DNA of 64,000 nucleotides from positions 1,828,201 through 1,892,200 of the forward strand of contig NC_092679.1 in the NCBI RefSeq assembly GCF_964355755.1. The letters run 5' to 3'. The DNA is from Antedon mediterranea. Its lineage: Eukaryota > Animalia > Echinodermata. Shown here piece by piece: positions 27,501-42,500 of the stretch. The stretch's first letter is position 1; the number at the start of each line of letters is the position of its first letter. Made by a program: the position numbers and the translations under genes. The notes beneath the pieces were generated by a model. That model had not been told where the DNA came from, searched no databases, and saw nothing but the letters and a program-made list of their open reading frames with translations.

Positions 27501-30500
27501 TCCCATATGGCAACGTAGATTTTTGTGCAATTAATTGACTTTTTCTAGAACAAGCTCTAGGTGTTGAGAAGAGAGTGTAAAACGGCCTAATCATGCTGTG
27601 TAAAACTAATGACTATGCCCTAGCTACCTACGTCCTTGCAGATTGAGCAGGGGGAGGGAAAGTGTTGAAAACGAACAAAGCCCAGGGCCAAACACAGAAT
27701 GTGCCTGGTGTGGCTATTGTCTTTACTAGGCTGCCTAGAGGTACGTCGTTACGCAGTTTGTAAACCTCCTGCTATTAAGCAAATCAGAGACTACGTTAAT
27801 TAGAGTAACGACCCAAATTAACGCAGAATGGTGTAAAATTGTGGATCAGGAAGTTGGAAACTAGATCAACAGAGCACTATTTAGGTCGTGTATACATTAG
27901 TTCGTTGAGGCGCGTCAAAAATAGAACAGCCCACCACATTTCAAACATCAAACACAATTACCTGGAATTATATCATACCAAGGGGCTATGTACTATGAAT
28001 GTATTAATTGTTCTTTGTTACTCGTTATTTGATTACCCATTGTGAAGTGGATCAGTCCATAATGGGGAAGTTCCTGAATGAAGTTTACAATGTTTTTACT
28101 AGAATTATGGCTCATTTCTACCTAAGATTCCTACAACTTACATATAATAGGGGTGTTCACAATCTTACTTTATTTAATTATAAATTAATTAAAAGATAAT
28201 TTTGTTTAAGTTCAGGAAGGTGAGGTTTATGATATATTAACTTGGGATGTTTTGTTTAAAAAAAATTTAAATATTACACTATAAATTCATTACATGACTA
28301 AACTTAACCTATTGAATAATGGAATGGTCTAATAGGTAATGAAGTACTATACAGTTTTTTGTTATTATTATTTTTTTAGATTTATTATTTCTTCCATTGA
28401 GATATTTAATTTCATGTTTGCTGATTTTGGATAAGCCCCAAAAAACCCAAAACTCTACTACTTTTAAATTCGTAAAACTATTTTGATTGAAACAAAACAA
28501 CCTGTAATTTTGAAATAAACGATATCTGTATATGAATGGTTTAATTTAAGATTTATTGCAAGAAAATAAATGCGTTTATTTTGAGTAAATTGTGAATGAC
28601 GGCAAGTCGTACATTCCTACTTCAGCTTGTATCTCATTATCATCCTTCCACTATCAACATTCACTTTGTTTACAGCACTAATTCAAGCGCTTGTCATTAA
28701 ATCAATTTACTTTCAGGTTTGATTATTTACATTGAAGTAAACAGTGTTCAGGAATATCGTATCTAAATAATCGTCTTGTGTATATGACCTTTTCAAGCAA
28801 TTCACTTGATCATATTTTGTAATCAACATTGTTTAGTGTTCGATATATTCCCATCTCTTTTTTAAAGATGTATTGTCCCTCAAAAACATTAAAAAATGGA
28901 GATTAATTAAATCAGGCCATTTTACAGTTTTAGTAATTAACTTCTGTATAAAAAAACAATAAAAATAATTATTTCATTTATAAAAAGACAAAAAAAAAAC
29001 GTTTAATTTTAACCAAAAACTATTGTCTGACACTGACAGTACAATTTAATTATTTTTTGCTTTAAATTAATTTTTTTCAGGTAAGTAATTTTTGTTTTGG
29101 TCCAGTTTTTGGTCAAAGTGAATAACTGTTATGTAAAATTAAAATGGCATATTTATTATTTAAAAAATTAGAAAAAAAAATTGTTTAGGGGGACAATATT
29201 TCTTTGAGCAATATTTCTTGTTTTTGTCCATTTTGGAATGCTTTCATTTACCCCAGATACAGGCCCAGAGTCATTGCTGTCAATCATACCAGTTGATTGA
29301 CAGTTAAACCAATAATATTCATTTAATGTTGGTAGATTTTATCACCTTTGCCTCTCAATTACCGAGAAGTTGGTTGCGTAAACATTGTTTATATGTATCT
29401 CGTTTCTGCCTGCTTTAATTAAGTCAGCGTGAGCTAGGGCTTAACCTAGATGCCTTGTATCGTGGTTCCAAAGCGATCCTAATTATCATTGTGCCTTTAT
29501 GTGGAGCTAATTTGGTTGATTCCAACATTTCCACAGGGCCCGTCGTGCGATTTAAATATATTGATGTAGTAATGCAACTAGGGCTACGTTTTATTTGCGA
29601 CATGTAACAATAACAAGGATTAAATTTCAATTGACGTAGCAGCTTGTTAGCCCCATTCTTTTTATTGATAATGTAAGTTGATAATGTGCCTTTTTTTTAA
29701 GTAACAAACTTGTATCATTACCATATATGTAAAATATAACAAAAAATATGTCAATGCTCCAATTATGCCAGCACGTAAAGCAATTACATAATACCACAAT
29801 AGTATGTTATTAAAAGTAATTTGTTAGAATTTACCTAATACATATCTTTTATTTTTATTTATTTCAACAAGAAAAATATTTTTTTCCCCCAATATATCCA
29901 CTATTTTATACTACCACACAAAACCACCATAATATTACATCATTACTTGTAGCTGTGGGGTTTGTTTACTTGTTCCATTTCCTTTTAAATTTGGCCGATA
30001 TTTTCCAGGTGCAGTTCCGGTTCAATCTAAACTGCTGCCCTAGATTTGTTTTCAAGGAAAATCTCTAGAGAAATTAAGAGGAATGAGGACTGATTAATGT
30101 CCCATGAGAACACGCTAAGTTTTGTGAGCTTCTGCTTCTATGCATCTTGCTTTATTGAATTCAATATCCCTGGCCTTGTAAGCTTGATCATTACATCAAT
30201 ATAAACACATATGATTTAGACAACAGTCAGATAATACTAGTGCTCCCTTCATGTTATTGTTGTATTAATAAATGACTTTGTAGGTCTAACATTTAATTCA
30301 TAGGCAAATCACTGAGACAAAAAAACCAATGCTGTGAGTAAATGGCTGAATTTTAAATTGAGAAATTTACACAAAAAAAAAACAATTAAAAAACGAGCAA
30401 TTTCCCAGCAGAAATTAATGTTATTAGGGCAACATTAAAGTTACTTTCTCAAAAAGTTCCATTGAATGTGTCAACAACTTATTATCTTCAATTGTGAATA

Positions 30501-33500
30501 TTATAAATTTAAAGATGTTTTTTCTGCAATCATCATAGATAAATGAAGCTCTATCTACACTAGTATCAAACTTTATGTGACAAAAAAATGTGATATGCCC
30601 ATATATGGACATGATGATGTCATATCACTACCATATTTAAGCATGTCACTACTATATATGGGCACATCACACTTTTATTGTCAAACTAGTTTGATAGTGT
30701 AGACAGAGCTTAAAGTATGATCAAGGGTTTGCTCTGTGGAATAATTTAACCAAATATTAACCTATTAACTTAGTTTGTTCTATAATCACCACAAAAATAG
30801 GTTGTTTATAGCTATTTTCATTAACGAGCTGTGAATACAATTAAACTATATTATCCAGGGCTGTTAACACAATTACATTTGTTTTCATTTTACTTTTAAA
30901 TATGAATTTGGAGTTAACTATGAACATGTGTTGACGTAATATTCAATTCAAATACGGTTAAGCTTATGTCTACACTATCAAACTATTTTGACAAAAAATG
31001 TGTGATGTGCCGAAATATGGTAGTGATGTGCCCAAATATGGTAGTGATATGCCCAAATATGGTAGTGATGTGCCCAAATATGGTAGTGATGTGCCCAAAT
31101 ATGGTAGTTATATGTCATCATTTCAATATATGGGCACATCACATTTTTTGTCACGTAAGGTTTGATAGTGTAGATAGAGCTTAAGCATTTATGTGGGGTT
31201 GGGTTACGTTTTTTAGCAAACGTGGTTCTTTCTTTCCATATACAGTACAGTAGTAAGTTTTCTTTTTCATGGAGGTAAATAAATGATGAACAATGATGAC
31301 AAATACAGTCCTACTTTTTTAAAGGAATATTTTGTTTGAAGCGTGTTATACAGACATCTGTTTTTCTCAGAATCTTTGCATATCTACCATGATTTATCCT
31401 TTATTTATTGTTAAGCCAGCCTTACTTTATTGTACACCCATAATGTTACCGGTACAAGTATTGGGCTTTCCACTATTATAAACCATGGAGGTATATATAA
31501 ACATAAGAGGTATTTTATACCGCAATGGATAAACAATAATCTTGCATAGGTAAACGTGAACTGTCACTTAGGTGTTTTTTTGATTGGATATCATGTTTTA
31601 TCCATCGAGTTATTAATATTATGTATTTAGGTTTCTAGGTGTTTAATTAGTTCATGGCTTGAACAGCTTTAATTACTGCAGGCAATACTGTTAATGATTC
31701 ACACAGCTCGCTATACAAAATATTGACTTTAATGCAGTTCTCCAATTTTTTCTTTTCGTGTATATTGTACGTACGTTTAATGTAATTAATCAAGTAGTAA
31801 TATGGAAATTTATAGATTTTGTAAAGTAGAAAAGTAAAGGAGGATGACCTTTGACCGGTAATTAAATTGCACCGAGCTCTGGAATTATACAATGGTGAAT
31901 TCAGAGTTATGTGGAGTTTCCATATTTCATAAAAGATGAACAAAATTAATACAATACTGTAATATGAGCTTGGTTTCCACTTGTACACAAGGCAATGACA
32001 TAGGAACAAGTAATTCGACCAATCATGATGTCGCTTGTATTTGGTCAATTCATTGCGTTGTGCCTATGAGGAGGTGTGGCGCAGTGTGTTGGACGTTGTA
32101 TTACTGATCGTGAAATCTTGGTTCGAATCCAACTCTTGTCGCATTGCTTGTACTGTATCCTTAGGCAAGACACTTTACTTACATTTGCCTCTCTCCACCC
32201 AGGTTTATATAAAATGGGTACCGGATCACAAATTTGCGCTGATTACTAGCTGCATTATGGAAGTATGTTTCGATACGTGTTTGATCCAAACATGACCAGG
32301 GTAATAATGTGCAGCTTGCTTATATGCGCTATATAAGAATGAATGAACTATTATGTCATTTCATTGTGCCCAAGTGGTAACCATAAAAGCTATAACTACA
32401 TGAAATTTAGAAATTGATTAGATTTTGTCATTGCCCCGCAAATAAAATGTTGTATCGTACGAGTGAACTTAAATGATGCATCCACATTGAGGTTGCTATT
32501 GTATTGCTAATATTTTTAGATCATTGCTTTAGTGAACAATACATCATCTCGGCTTATCTAGATTAATTGCAGAGATCACCGGAAGTTTTTGTCATACACC
32601 TAATAATGCGCATCTAATAAACCCGTAGATTTCTTTACTGTCGTACTTTGAAAGGTTGAATGCATTGTTGTAGAATTTGCTTGCACACGCTCTCTGCCCT
32701 CTGGATAATTATGAAATAGTACTATGATTACTTTTTTAATGGGAATAAATTAAGATTAATGTTATTGTGAAGAACCTTTATTATTCTAAAATTACAATTT
32801 CTAAAGAATAAGCATACACTGTAGCGTAATGAAGGAGATAATTAAAATGCTGTACTGTATTATTTTAAATAAATTGAATTATGTTACTACAGATGCTTTA
32901 GCAAAATTCTCTGGTAAGACAAATTTTAAAATAAAAAATAATTCATTAGTGCCACAAAGTGATACTAACTCTGTAGTGGTTTGTATACAAAATTTTCATT
33001 TAGATTTAGATTTTTTTTTGCACACATTAAAAGATAGACAATTCAGCTATTAAAATGTGTAATTAATTGAAATCTTTTTTTACAATTAAGTTGTATGTTA
33101 AGGGTGAACATTCGTGAGAATACACAACCCATTTGACATTTATAATGTCCAGCTATGTTTGTGTCACTGACCAATTGCAACTGTCGGTCAGATATGGTCT
33201 TGCTTAGTCTTCTCCATAGCCGCCTACAGTAGGTTGCGTTATATTGTTGCAGACTTAATGATAATTATACAAATAGGTTTATTGATCAATGCTTAAATAA
33301 GTTGAACCATTAACTATGTTTCAAATTTATATTTGCTGGTATTATATGATGATATCAGGCTGTAATATCTAGAATTAGGTCAGTAATAAATGTTATTTTT
33401 GATTGATTGATTTGTGATGACTATGTCATGATGTTATAAAAGTTTATGTCTGCTTGCAACATCATTTGTCTCTTAACAGCAAAAATTCTGTCACTAAAAC

Positions 33501-36500
33501 TGGGAAAATAATCCAACCTAAAATTTTAACCCGTTCTTTCATTGATTTGTTAATGTATAATGTACAAGCTAGTCTCCTGAATTTAACTTGTGCGTATTGA
33601 ATATGGATATTTACTGCTATATTGTGAAATAAACCAGTTATGATATTGTAACTGAATATGAACCAATTATTTAGGTAATTATGTCACATCACTCATTATC
33701 ATTTTGATCTAATCCGTAACCCAAATGTAAACTAAATCAACTTGATCCTTTTAAATACTATCTAATGTGTTGCGACCTTTTAACTGAAAAGAGGTCAAGT
33801 GTGACAACTCTTCACCGTGGCACTTTGCACCTTTGTGTGATGTACAAATTCAAAGTAAATATCGGGATCCATCAAGTGGCTATGCTCCATTTGCGCCACC
33901 AATACATCTAGAAGGCTTCCTGCCTGAATGCGTTAAAATTCAATAGCTCTAACGGGGTAACAAGTCAATCTTTATAATATCAGATTTTTTTTAAAAACTT
34001 GATTGTATCTAGTTGATCACAACCTTGACTTTATATGTTATAGGTAGTTTTAAATTGGGTTAAACTGCTGTCATGTTTTAAAGAAACTGGTATATAATAA
34101 TGATTGACAGATTATAATGTAACATTCCTCAAATCCCACAGTCCTGGGTTTAAATTGAGAGAATGAGGTTTCATTGTGGATCAAACAAAGCTATCTTATT
34201 TTTATTAATGGTTCAACAGAATTTAAGCATCACTTATTACTTGTACCAAGATAAATCAATTTGCTCCATTTTTGACATTAAAAGTAAATCATTTTTAATT
34301 AAAGCTATGTCACATAAGACCGAAATATTGAAAAACATTTCTACACCTTAATATGTTTTTTTTTCTTCTCTCTTTCTTTTTTACTGTTTATAAGTCAGTA
34401 GAATTTGTGCTGCTTGATATTATGAAATTGTGAACCGTTGTTAACTTTTTGTACCTGTGTATATATATATATATTGTAATAACTTTATTACTTTATTTTG
34501 TAAACATTTTGTATGGATCGAACCTCTTGTTACGAGAGTGTTCCTCCGTTTTAAAGGAGAGTAACCAATAAATTTTATTATTATTATGAAATTGAACAAG
34601 TTTTGAAAATGTAGAAGAAATTCTATAGTAACTACCTAATCATTATTTCCATTAGTATTTATGATCTTATCGCTTTTCCAATATTGCAAACATTTATCTT
34701 TTCATTCATTCTGTATTAATTTAATTTAATCATTCATCTAAATTTGATGACTCTTTGAGATAAAACCCCAAAATTCATTGTCTTCCCACTAATATGCAAA
34801 TGTTCACAATGTATCCTTCACTTAACCTAAATAGAAATTTAGAGGTTAGCGATTTTCATATTAATATTAAAATAGATTAATTGGATGACAATTTGACCCA
34901 AGTATAAAATAGGTCATGACAAGGATTTCTTGTTTAACAATGGGAGTAATTGAATGCATAGATATACCAGAAATAATTTATAATACAACTTTTTAAATTA
35001 ATTTATACATTCAAATATTTTTTGAAGGAAACAGATCCCCATCGGGTATGTGGTTTCTGTTGGCTGTTTTCTAAACATATATAGAGGCGAGGCCCATTAC
35101 AAATATATTGCTCCAAATAGCACCTTTATTGAGTTCGCGTTATGTTCGTTTTCGATCCTATTGTTTCTCAAAATGTTTTTGAGAGGATGGCTGCCTGTCA
35201 CATGATACCTAATCAAATGGTGATGAGGATACACTTAGACCCCATTTACACTTCATCGACGATTTCTTAGCCGGCCCCAAGTCGGCCCGACACCGGCTTT
35301 CTTTTTAGCCCGCAATGTGTTTACACTTACCCAAAATGCCAGCCTCGGGTTCCTACTATTCACACAATGTGTTTACACTTGCTCTCGCGGAAGAGTGCTC
35401 GATGATACGATTTCGCTACATTCACGTCATATCCGCTCATGTGCGCCCACCAACCGTCTTAAAAAGTTAAGATTATTAAACGTTGTCGATCTACACTAGG
35501 CCTAGGCCTATCGAAATTTAGCAAAAAAGAATCAAATAACGGTATTTAATATGGATCAAAACAATTGTATTATTGCTTTACTACTTATGTTTGCGTCTCG
35601 TTTTCTGAAGAATAGTAGTAGATCAATACGCCTTTTTCGCGAAACGGACGACATTTTCGATCGATGACAAACAATGCCGTGCAACAAAGCGTAACCAACA
35701 GAAATAACATAGCGTTTTCAGCCTATTTTCTGAGGACAAGTTACTCCGTTAATTCGTAACCCCTCAACAGACAGCCGTATGGACAACATTTTTACTGTAA
35801 AATGTTCTTTAAAGATTAGCCTACATAAATGTGTGATTGAAAAAAATTAGAAAATTTGTTTTCACTTCTTAAAGCCCATCGAAAAAAAACACCACAGTGT
35901 ATAAGCATAGGCGCCGCATGGTGTCCTGAAATCCCCTGAAAACGCTATGTTATTTTTGTTGGTTACGCTTCGTGGCACGGCATTGTTTGTCGTTGATCGA
36001 AGATGTCTTCCATTTCGTGAAAAAGGCGTATACATCTTCACCAATTTAATTTCAATGAAGAATTCCCGTTCATCAGCAATAAGTTTCGTAAACTTTAAAC
36101 TATGGTTGACCCAGAACGTTCATTTTATGACCGCGAGTGTTTACACTATACGAAGTGCCGGCCCGAAGCCCGCAATTGCCGGCCCGAAGCCTACTCTAGA
36201 CTAGGCTCAAAATTGAGCCGGCTCGAGGCTGGCTCGGTTGTTCCCAGAGTGTTTACACTTGTGCACTTTTGGCTCGGAGCCGAGTGTAAACACTCTGGGA
36301 ACAACCGAGCCGGCCTCGAACCGGCCTCGGGCTCGCTAAAAGCTGAAGTGTAAATGGGCTCTTACTTGGGGGGGGGGGGATACCCCGGGTTTACACCACC
36401 CCCCCCCCCCCCCCTTCCCCCCGATGTATATTAGAATATTTTACTTTTAAACATGTATTTCTAGCTAGTTGATTTGATGTTTTGATTATTTTAACCAAAC

Positions 36501-39500
36501 CAATTATAATAGAACCATCAAAGCCTATGATTGTCTTATTAAGCAATGAGACCAATTGAAGGGGGGTCCCCTATCATATTCCATTCTCCCACACTTTGTG
36601 TATTGATGTCATCATTTCATTAGACTCATTCTAGATATACCTTACACCATTGTCTATACCCTGGTGTATATTAGTCTTTATTCAGCATTAAACAAGTCAG
36701 TCGGCCGTTGGTAATTGGAGAAGGGGGTCTTGTAATCCGAGAAGGATTTTTCTCATCATCTACGACGATTGAATTACAACAAGTGCATAAATTGCCAAGT
36801 TTTCTATTCATCACTGGCCTACATGTTTTATCTTCTTTTTTTGTACAAATTGATTTGGTGTGTAAACTAGGCCAATGGGGTGTAGTGTTAAAGAAAGTTA
36901 TTGTTACTGACATAATGATGGTGGTAGTGTCGTTGTGTTTGGGAGTGGATCAAGCAATTACGTTTTGTTCAGAGTTAAACAAAAAAAAATGTTTGTCATT
37001 ATTTTTTACATTTTCTTCGGCAACGTCATTGTAATCGTTTCAATAAACATTATTTTCGTAATCATTTTCTTTATTGTTATCCACGAAGTTATTAAAAAAA
37101 GTCATCTTTGTCGTTATCTTTTACCATTGATATCATTTTCATCATCATTGTCATCATCATTATTCTCATTGATGTCATCATCATCATCATCATCATCATC
37201 ATATCATCATCATCATTATTATCATCATCATCATTATTATCATCATCATTTTTCATCATTGTTTAATATCATAGTTATCATCATCATTTTCATCATAATT
37301 GTTATCATCAGCATTTTCATTGTTATTATCATCATTATCATCATCATCATTATCATTATCATCATCATTATTATCATCATCATTATCATCATCATTATTA
37401 TCATTATCATCATCATTATTATATCTTCATCTTGATAATCTTTGTGATTTCATTATAATCGTCTTCATCATTATCCTTGCGATGTAGACTCGTTGTTGTC
37501 ACTCATCTGGTTTTTTAAACATAGATTAGAACTATTAAAAGATAATAATCCAAGTTGTAATAACCGTATCATTTTGAATAAGAGACTGTACTTTCAATTT
37601 ATACCTTATTATTTTAATTTATTCAATTTCCTTATCTGACTTTCTATTATATTATAGTCTTTTTAAATGTTTGTAATCGCTACCATATGCTTTATAGATT
37701 ATTACTATGTTTTATTGAAATGTTTTGTTATTTCTACCCTGTATTATAAATGTACCTTTTTTTTTATTCTCCAAGTGAAAATTAATAAAACATGTTTTAT
37801 TCAAAAGCAAGAAAACTCATCAAGAATTCAAGGTATTTCTTATTAAACCAATATTTCTTTAACCAATATTTCTTTATAATAATAACAATAAAATTTCTAT
37901 ACAAACCGTACTGTGGCACAATTATATTTCAATGGCCTTATAATTTAAAGGTGGATGTCAACATGTTCTTTCCTAAAGGTTCACATTTATGCTCTAGTAA
38001 TTTCAAAGTGTTAAATATTATCTGTTTATACCTAAATCATGTTACCCTTTTATTAGGATTTTTACTTGGTAACCTACATTTTAAGTTTATTTTGACGTCG
38101 TCGTCATCGTTAGAAAGGAAATTTAGCAGCACTTGATCTGTAATCACTTAAGATATTTTCTTCGCACGCCACTAACTTGGAAACGTGTCAAAGCAATTGT
38201 GTTTTAGTAATCTCTTTTATACGGTAGTACAATATTGTTAAGTACGGTAGTTTTTGTAACCTAAATTTGAGCATACTTGACAGTTGTGAATTCTAATTCG
38301 TTTGTCATTAATGTACAAAAGGAATTGTGTTGAATTATTATTGCTTATAGCAGTATATAGTCAATGCTTTTTATATAAAAATGTGGAATAGAAATGCTAG
38401 TTGAAATATTTTCTTGCCCTTTTTATTTAAAAATATGTTGATTCAATTTCAACACAATATTATCAATACGGTTTTTTTAATGTAAAGTTTTAATATATTG
38501 TTCTATTATGACATCACACAATATAGCTACTCCAAATAATGCACAGATTGCTTTATAACGTACTTTAAGCAGAACAATACTAATGGCTGTAAAGAAAGTA
38601 TTATATTTTTATAATTTTGTTCCTGTTGGAGTGTATTCACAGGAGTATGCTAAGTGCGTTGATGGTACTTAAGTGAAAATGCCCTTAAGGACAACATGTG
38701 GAGAACTCGCAGCTGGATGGTTTCGGTGTAACTTGTAAGTCACTGACTACAATGACTAAGTCAGATGGTTAGCCTAACTCTGATGTAATTGTACAAAAAT
38801 TTGAGAATATTTATTTAACGGTTATTTAACTTACTTAGCTCCCTGATGTAAAAATACTTTGTAGTAGTTACGATTATTAAGTTAATACTACAAATGCTGC
38901 TGTATACACATACAGTAACATGCATGGATTTCAAACAAGGACTTATTAATTTCGGCAAACACAATAATTTATACAAACAGACAACAATTTACTAGATTGC
39001 GCCAAGGACTGGCAAAAAGCCCAACAGCTTCTGTCGCCGATTATTTAAAATATTATGAGGGTCCCAAATGATCAGCCAAAGCTGGATGGATCACCCTCAT
39101 TAAATATGGTTAAAATAAAATAAAAAAAAAATTATTCAGCATTACAATACTTACCTTTACACAACCAGCAATTATTTCGAAGGCTATCACAAAAGGTATA
39201 CCTAACAAACTGAACTTTTGTAGGGAAGCCCCATCACAAAAATGTCCAAGTACCAAACTTAGTAACTAGTCTATGTTTAAATCAAAACTTACTGTTTATA
39301 GCGAAAAGAAAAGATCTTCGAATTCTGTTTACTTAGGTTTACTGTTTTAGCAAACATATAGTAAAATCTATTGTTGCGCTGTGAAAAATAAAAAAACATC
39401 AGTTACGTTTCAAAGGAATAAAGTTTCAAGTCCTAAAGCTTTTAAGTTTGAAAGCTTTCTTGTATCACGAATCTAAGCTTCTGTGAATTGTAAGAAGAAA

Positions 39501-42500
39501 AATCTTCAAGGTAAAAAACAACGTATACTGGAGTTCTCTATAGCTTGTATCGTTGGTGCGCTTCACTTGAATTTTTACCAAGTCCAAAAAAGTCCATGTT
39601 AGCATCACATCATAATGTTGTAGCATTACATCTCTCATGTGCACATACCAAATGTGTTAGTCAATAATGTTATACTTTCGCAACATATTTAGTACAATCG
39701 TGGATCAGGAGGACGTATTTCCCACGTGTCACAACTAGTCTAGTTCCAAATTTTTTTGAGTGAAGACCTAGTTTCTGTTTCACGTCCCAATTTCTCTTGC
39801 TATGGCCCATATATCCATTGAAATGATGGGCTGGTGACTTCATTTTTACATGATCTGTTAGCTTTGCCCTCTTTTTGGTAGGCATAGACCTAATTTCTCC
39901 TTTCTTGATCCATTTCTGTCCAGTATGACCTCATTGAGACTGTAAAACGGGAGCAAACTAATACACAATTTATTTCATTCACTAGGCCCCCCTAGGAATC
40001 ACCCAAAGTGAATTAGTCAACCAATCAAATGCCTTAATTCCATATAGAATAGCTTGTTCCATTGGCAAAATAGGGGTTTAATCTCAAGCTGGGTTTTGAT
40101 TGATTGATCAGATTGGTGTTAATCATTAATCTCTATTCATGTTGTGATACATATAGTACAGCGAAATGAGAACAATACCTAATGTTCCAGCATGGTGCTA
40201 GCACATGACAAACCACTAAACCACCCCTTATTTAAAATGTATTATTCCATTTTCACTTATCTTCAGTAAACTTTTCTTAAAAACAAAAGTAAATTGAGAA
40301 TACTCCATTATACGAATAGGGTAACTTAAACAATTTACATGTTAGTATTTTAATTTTGCATTTTAGATATAGGTTTATTACAGTAATTAGTGTTGTACTT
40401 AAACCTAATTAAGTTAATAACCTTGTTTTATTGTAAGTGTCCTTAACAAGTTTTCAATATGTTGTTCTTTTTGTTGTGGGATTGTGTTTACTGGAGCAGA
40501 GTAAATGTATAGCCTCTTTTCTTTAAGTATCATTGCTCAAGTCCGGATGTTGTGGTATGGTTGACCTCTCTTTAAAGTGGGACAAACGTAGCTTGAAATG
40601 GTCATTCATGATCATTAAGGAGAAACCTGTTGGCAGTAATTTTAATCACTATCACTTTGTGTAGCAATCAAATACCAGTATTTTATTATTAAATACTTAC
40701 ACAGTAGTAGTAGTCATTGCAATATGAATTCTATCAAAGCAGTAAATTTTCCTGAGGCTCGAGTTTGATTATTTGTTTGACCATTTCTACTACTAGTCTT
40801 ACTGACTTGTTTGTGGTATACATTTAAAATGCATATTTTAAAATTGATCTAAACCCATATCTAGGATTTCTACAGGGAGGTTCTTTTCTCCACTAACCTA
40901 AGTAGTACTGTTTACCCACAAAAAATGATCTTAAGCTAGGCTAGTAAAGTATATTTTTGTCATCACATTTGTTGCTGATGATATCTAGTTTGAAAGGCGG
41001 TTCCTTCAAACATTTGAACCCCTCTGGCTATGGCTTGGATCTAGCCACAAATTGTTATATTTTCTATATTGTAACAAACTTAAAAGGAATAAAAAATGAT
41101 TTTTGAATGACTTGTTTTTTTTTAAAAGCTCTTTAACCTTTCAAGATAGTTTGATGTTGCGATAAATATTCTTTAAGTTTATATTAATGCTCTACTTACT
41201 ACAAAGAACTTTTTAGCAGGAACTTTACATGCTGAGTTATTAACCTACTAAAATACACTGTAGTGTATGGATGATATTGTTTTGATGTGTTCATGAACTA
41301 AATAAATAACCTTTAAGTTCATCAAATAAGTTTAATTACTTCCCTCACAATGTATAGTGCATCTTAAGTGAAACCAATTTTAAAGAGGGGAGTTTTAAAA
41401 CTAGATCACTATATTCATTATTAATCTAGACTTCATAAATACCCTTGGTTCATAATGGATTCTTCTGATGGGAGGTGATCTTTTTGCAATTAAAACAATC
41501 TCCCTGAATTGTGGTTCTCTAAGATGTTCCATTCTTCAAAAGGGGAATTTATATCTAGATCACTATATCCAATACACTATCAGTAGTAATTAAGTGTAAA
41601 TAAAACACCTATACATAATGGATTCATTCAGCCAAGGTGGTGATCTTGTAATTAAAGCTGTTTTCTCACACAATGCTAGAGAGTTAATGCTGCTACTCAA
41701 GCCGATCCATTTCTGTCAGGTGAACTTAAATCTTAATTGTATTAGATTCACTTACAATATGTAGAAACCGAATGGTAAATACCCCTATTTCATAATGGAT
41801 TCTTCTTGAAATGATCTTCTTTTGATCTTGAGTTGGTATAGATATTTCAAAGGAAAAAAAAAGAAAAATTATAAGTAAACAAGAAAAACCAATCGTTTCT
41901 ATTTTTTTTCTTTTTTTAATTAGGTCGTAAAGTGGAATAAATGAATATGCATTTTTAAACAAAACATTTTTTTGGTGCATATTTTATCAAAACCATATGC
42001 GACTCTTATTAACATTATGATTTATTACATTATTGTGCCCTAAATATTATAATCTATATTTTGACTTCTGATGTATTACTACTTGATAAATTCAGAAGCC
42101 CACACTAAACACGGAAACCAACTCTTGTATATTTCACACCCTTCGTACACATTAGCCTAAATGCTCCCTCTTGTCTATCATCGGCACCATTCGTTCCGAG
42201 GCATCGGGCCAATGTATGTGTTTTGACATACCATTTAGCCTACGTAGGTACCGTAATAGCGTTAAACTCTCTGTAACCATTTTTTTTTTATTGTGCCAAT
42301 TTGTTACAACTCCCTGTGGTATTGCAACTTACATTAAGGTTTATCATAGCTGAATAGTTATTGCCACATGCTGGCCTTTTAACCTGCTTTCCCTAAATGT
42401 ATGTCAAGTTCCGTGCGGCTTCCATGTGGAACCATCAACCGTATTTATCCCATCAATAAATTTAGTCTTGATATGTCGCATAAGCTTTTATGCTTCCCCT

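Noticed and set aside
32068-32140. tRNA gene
   Set aside because: A and B boxes are present but there is no intact cloverleaf, and the sequence continues into a SINE body and tail.
36935-37487. Poly-Ile/His/Ser ORFs on the + strand
   Set aside because: Microsatellite translation.
40079-40100. TAATCTCAAGCTGG resembling miR-216
   Set aside because: Extra base after the seed, divergent 3' half and no flanking hairpin. I recognised no other conserved miRNA by eye.
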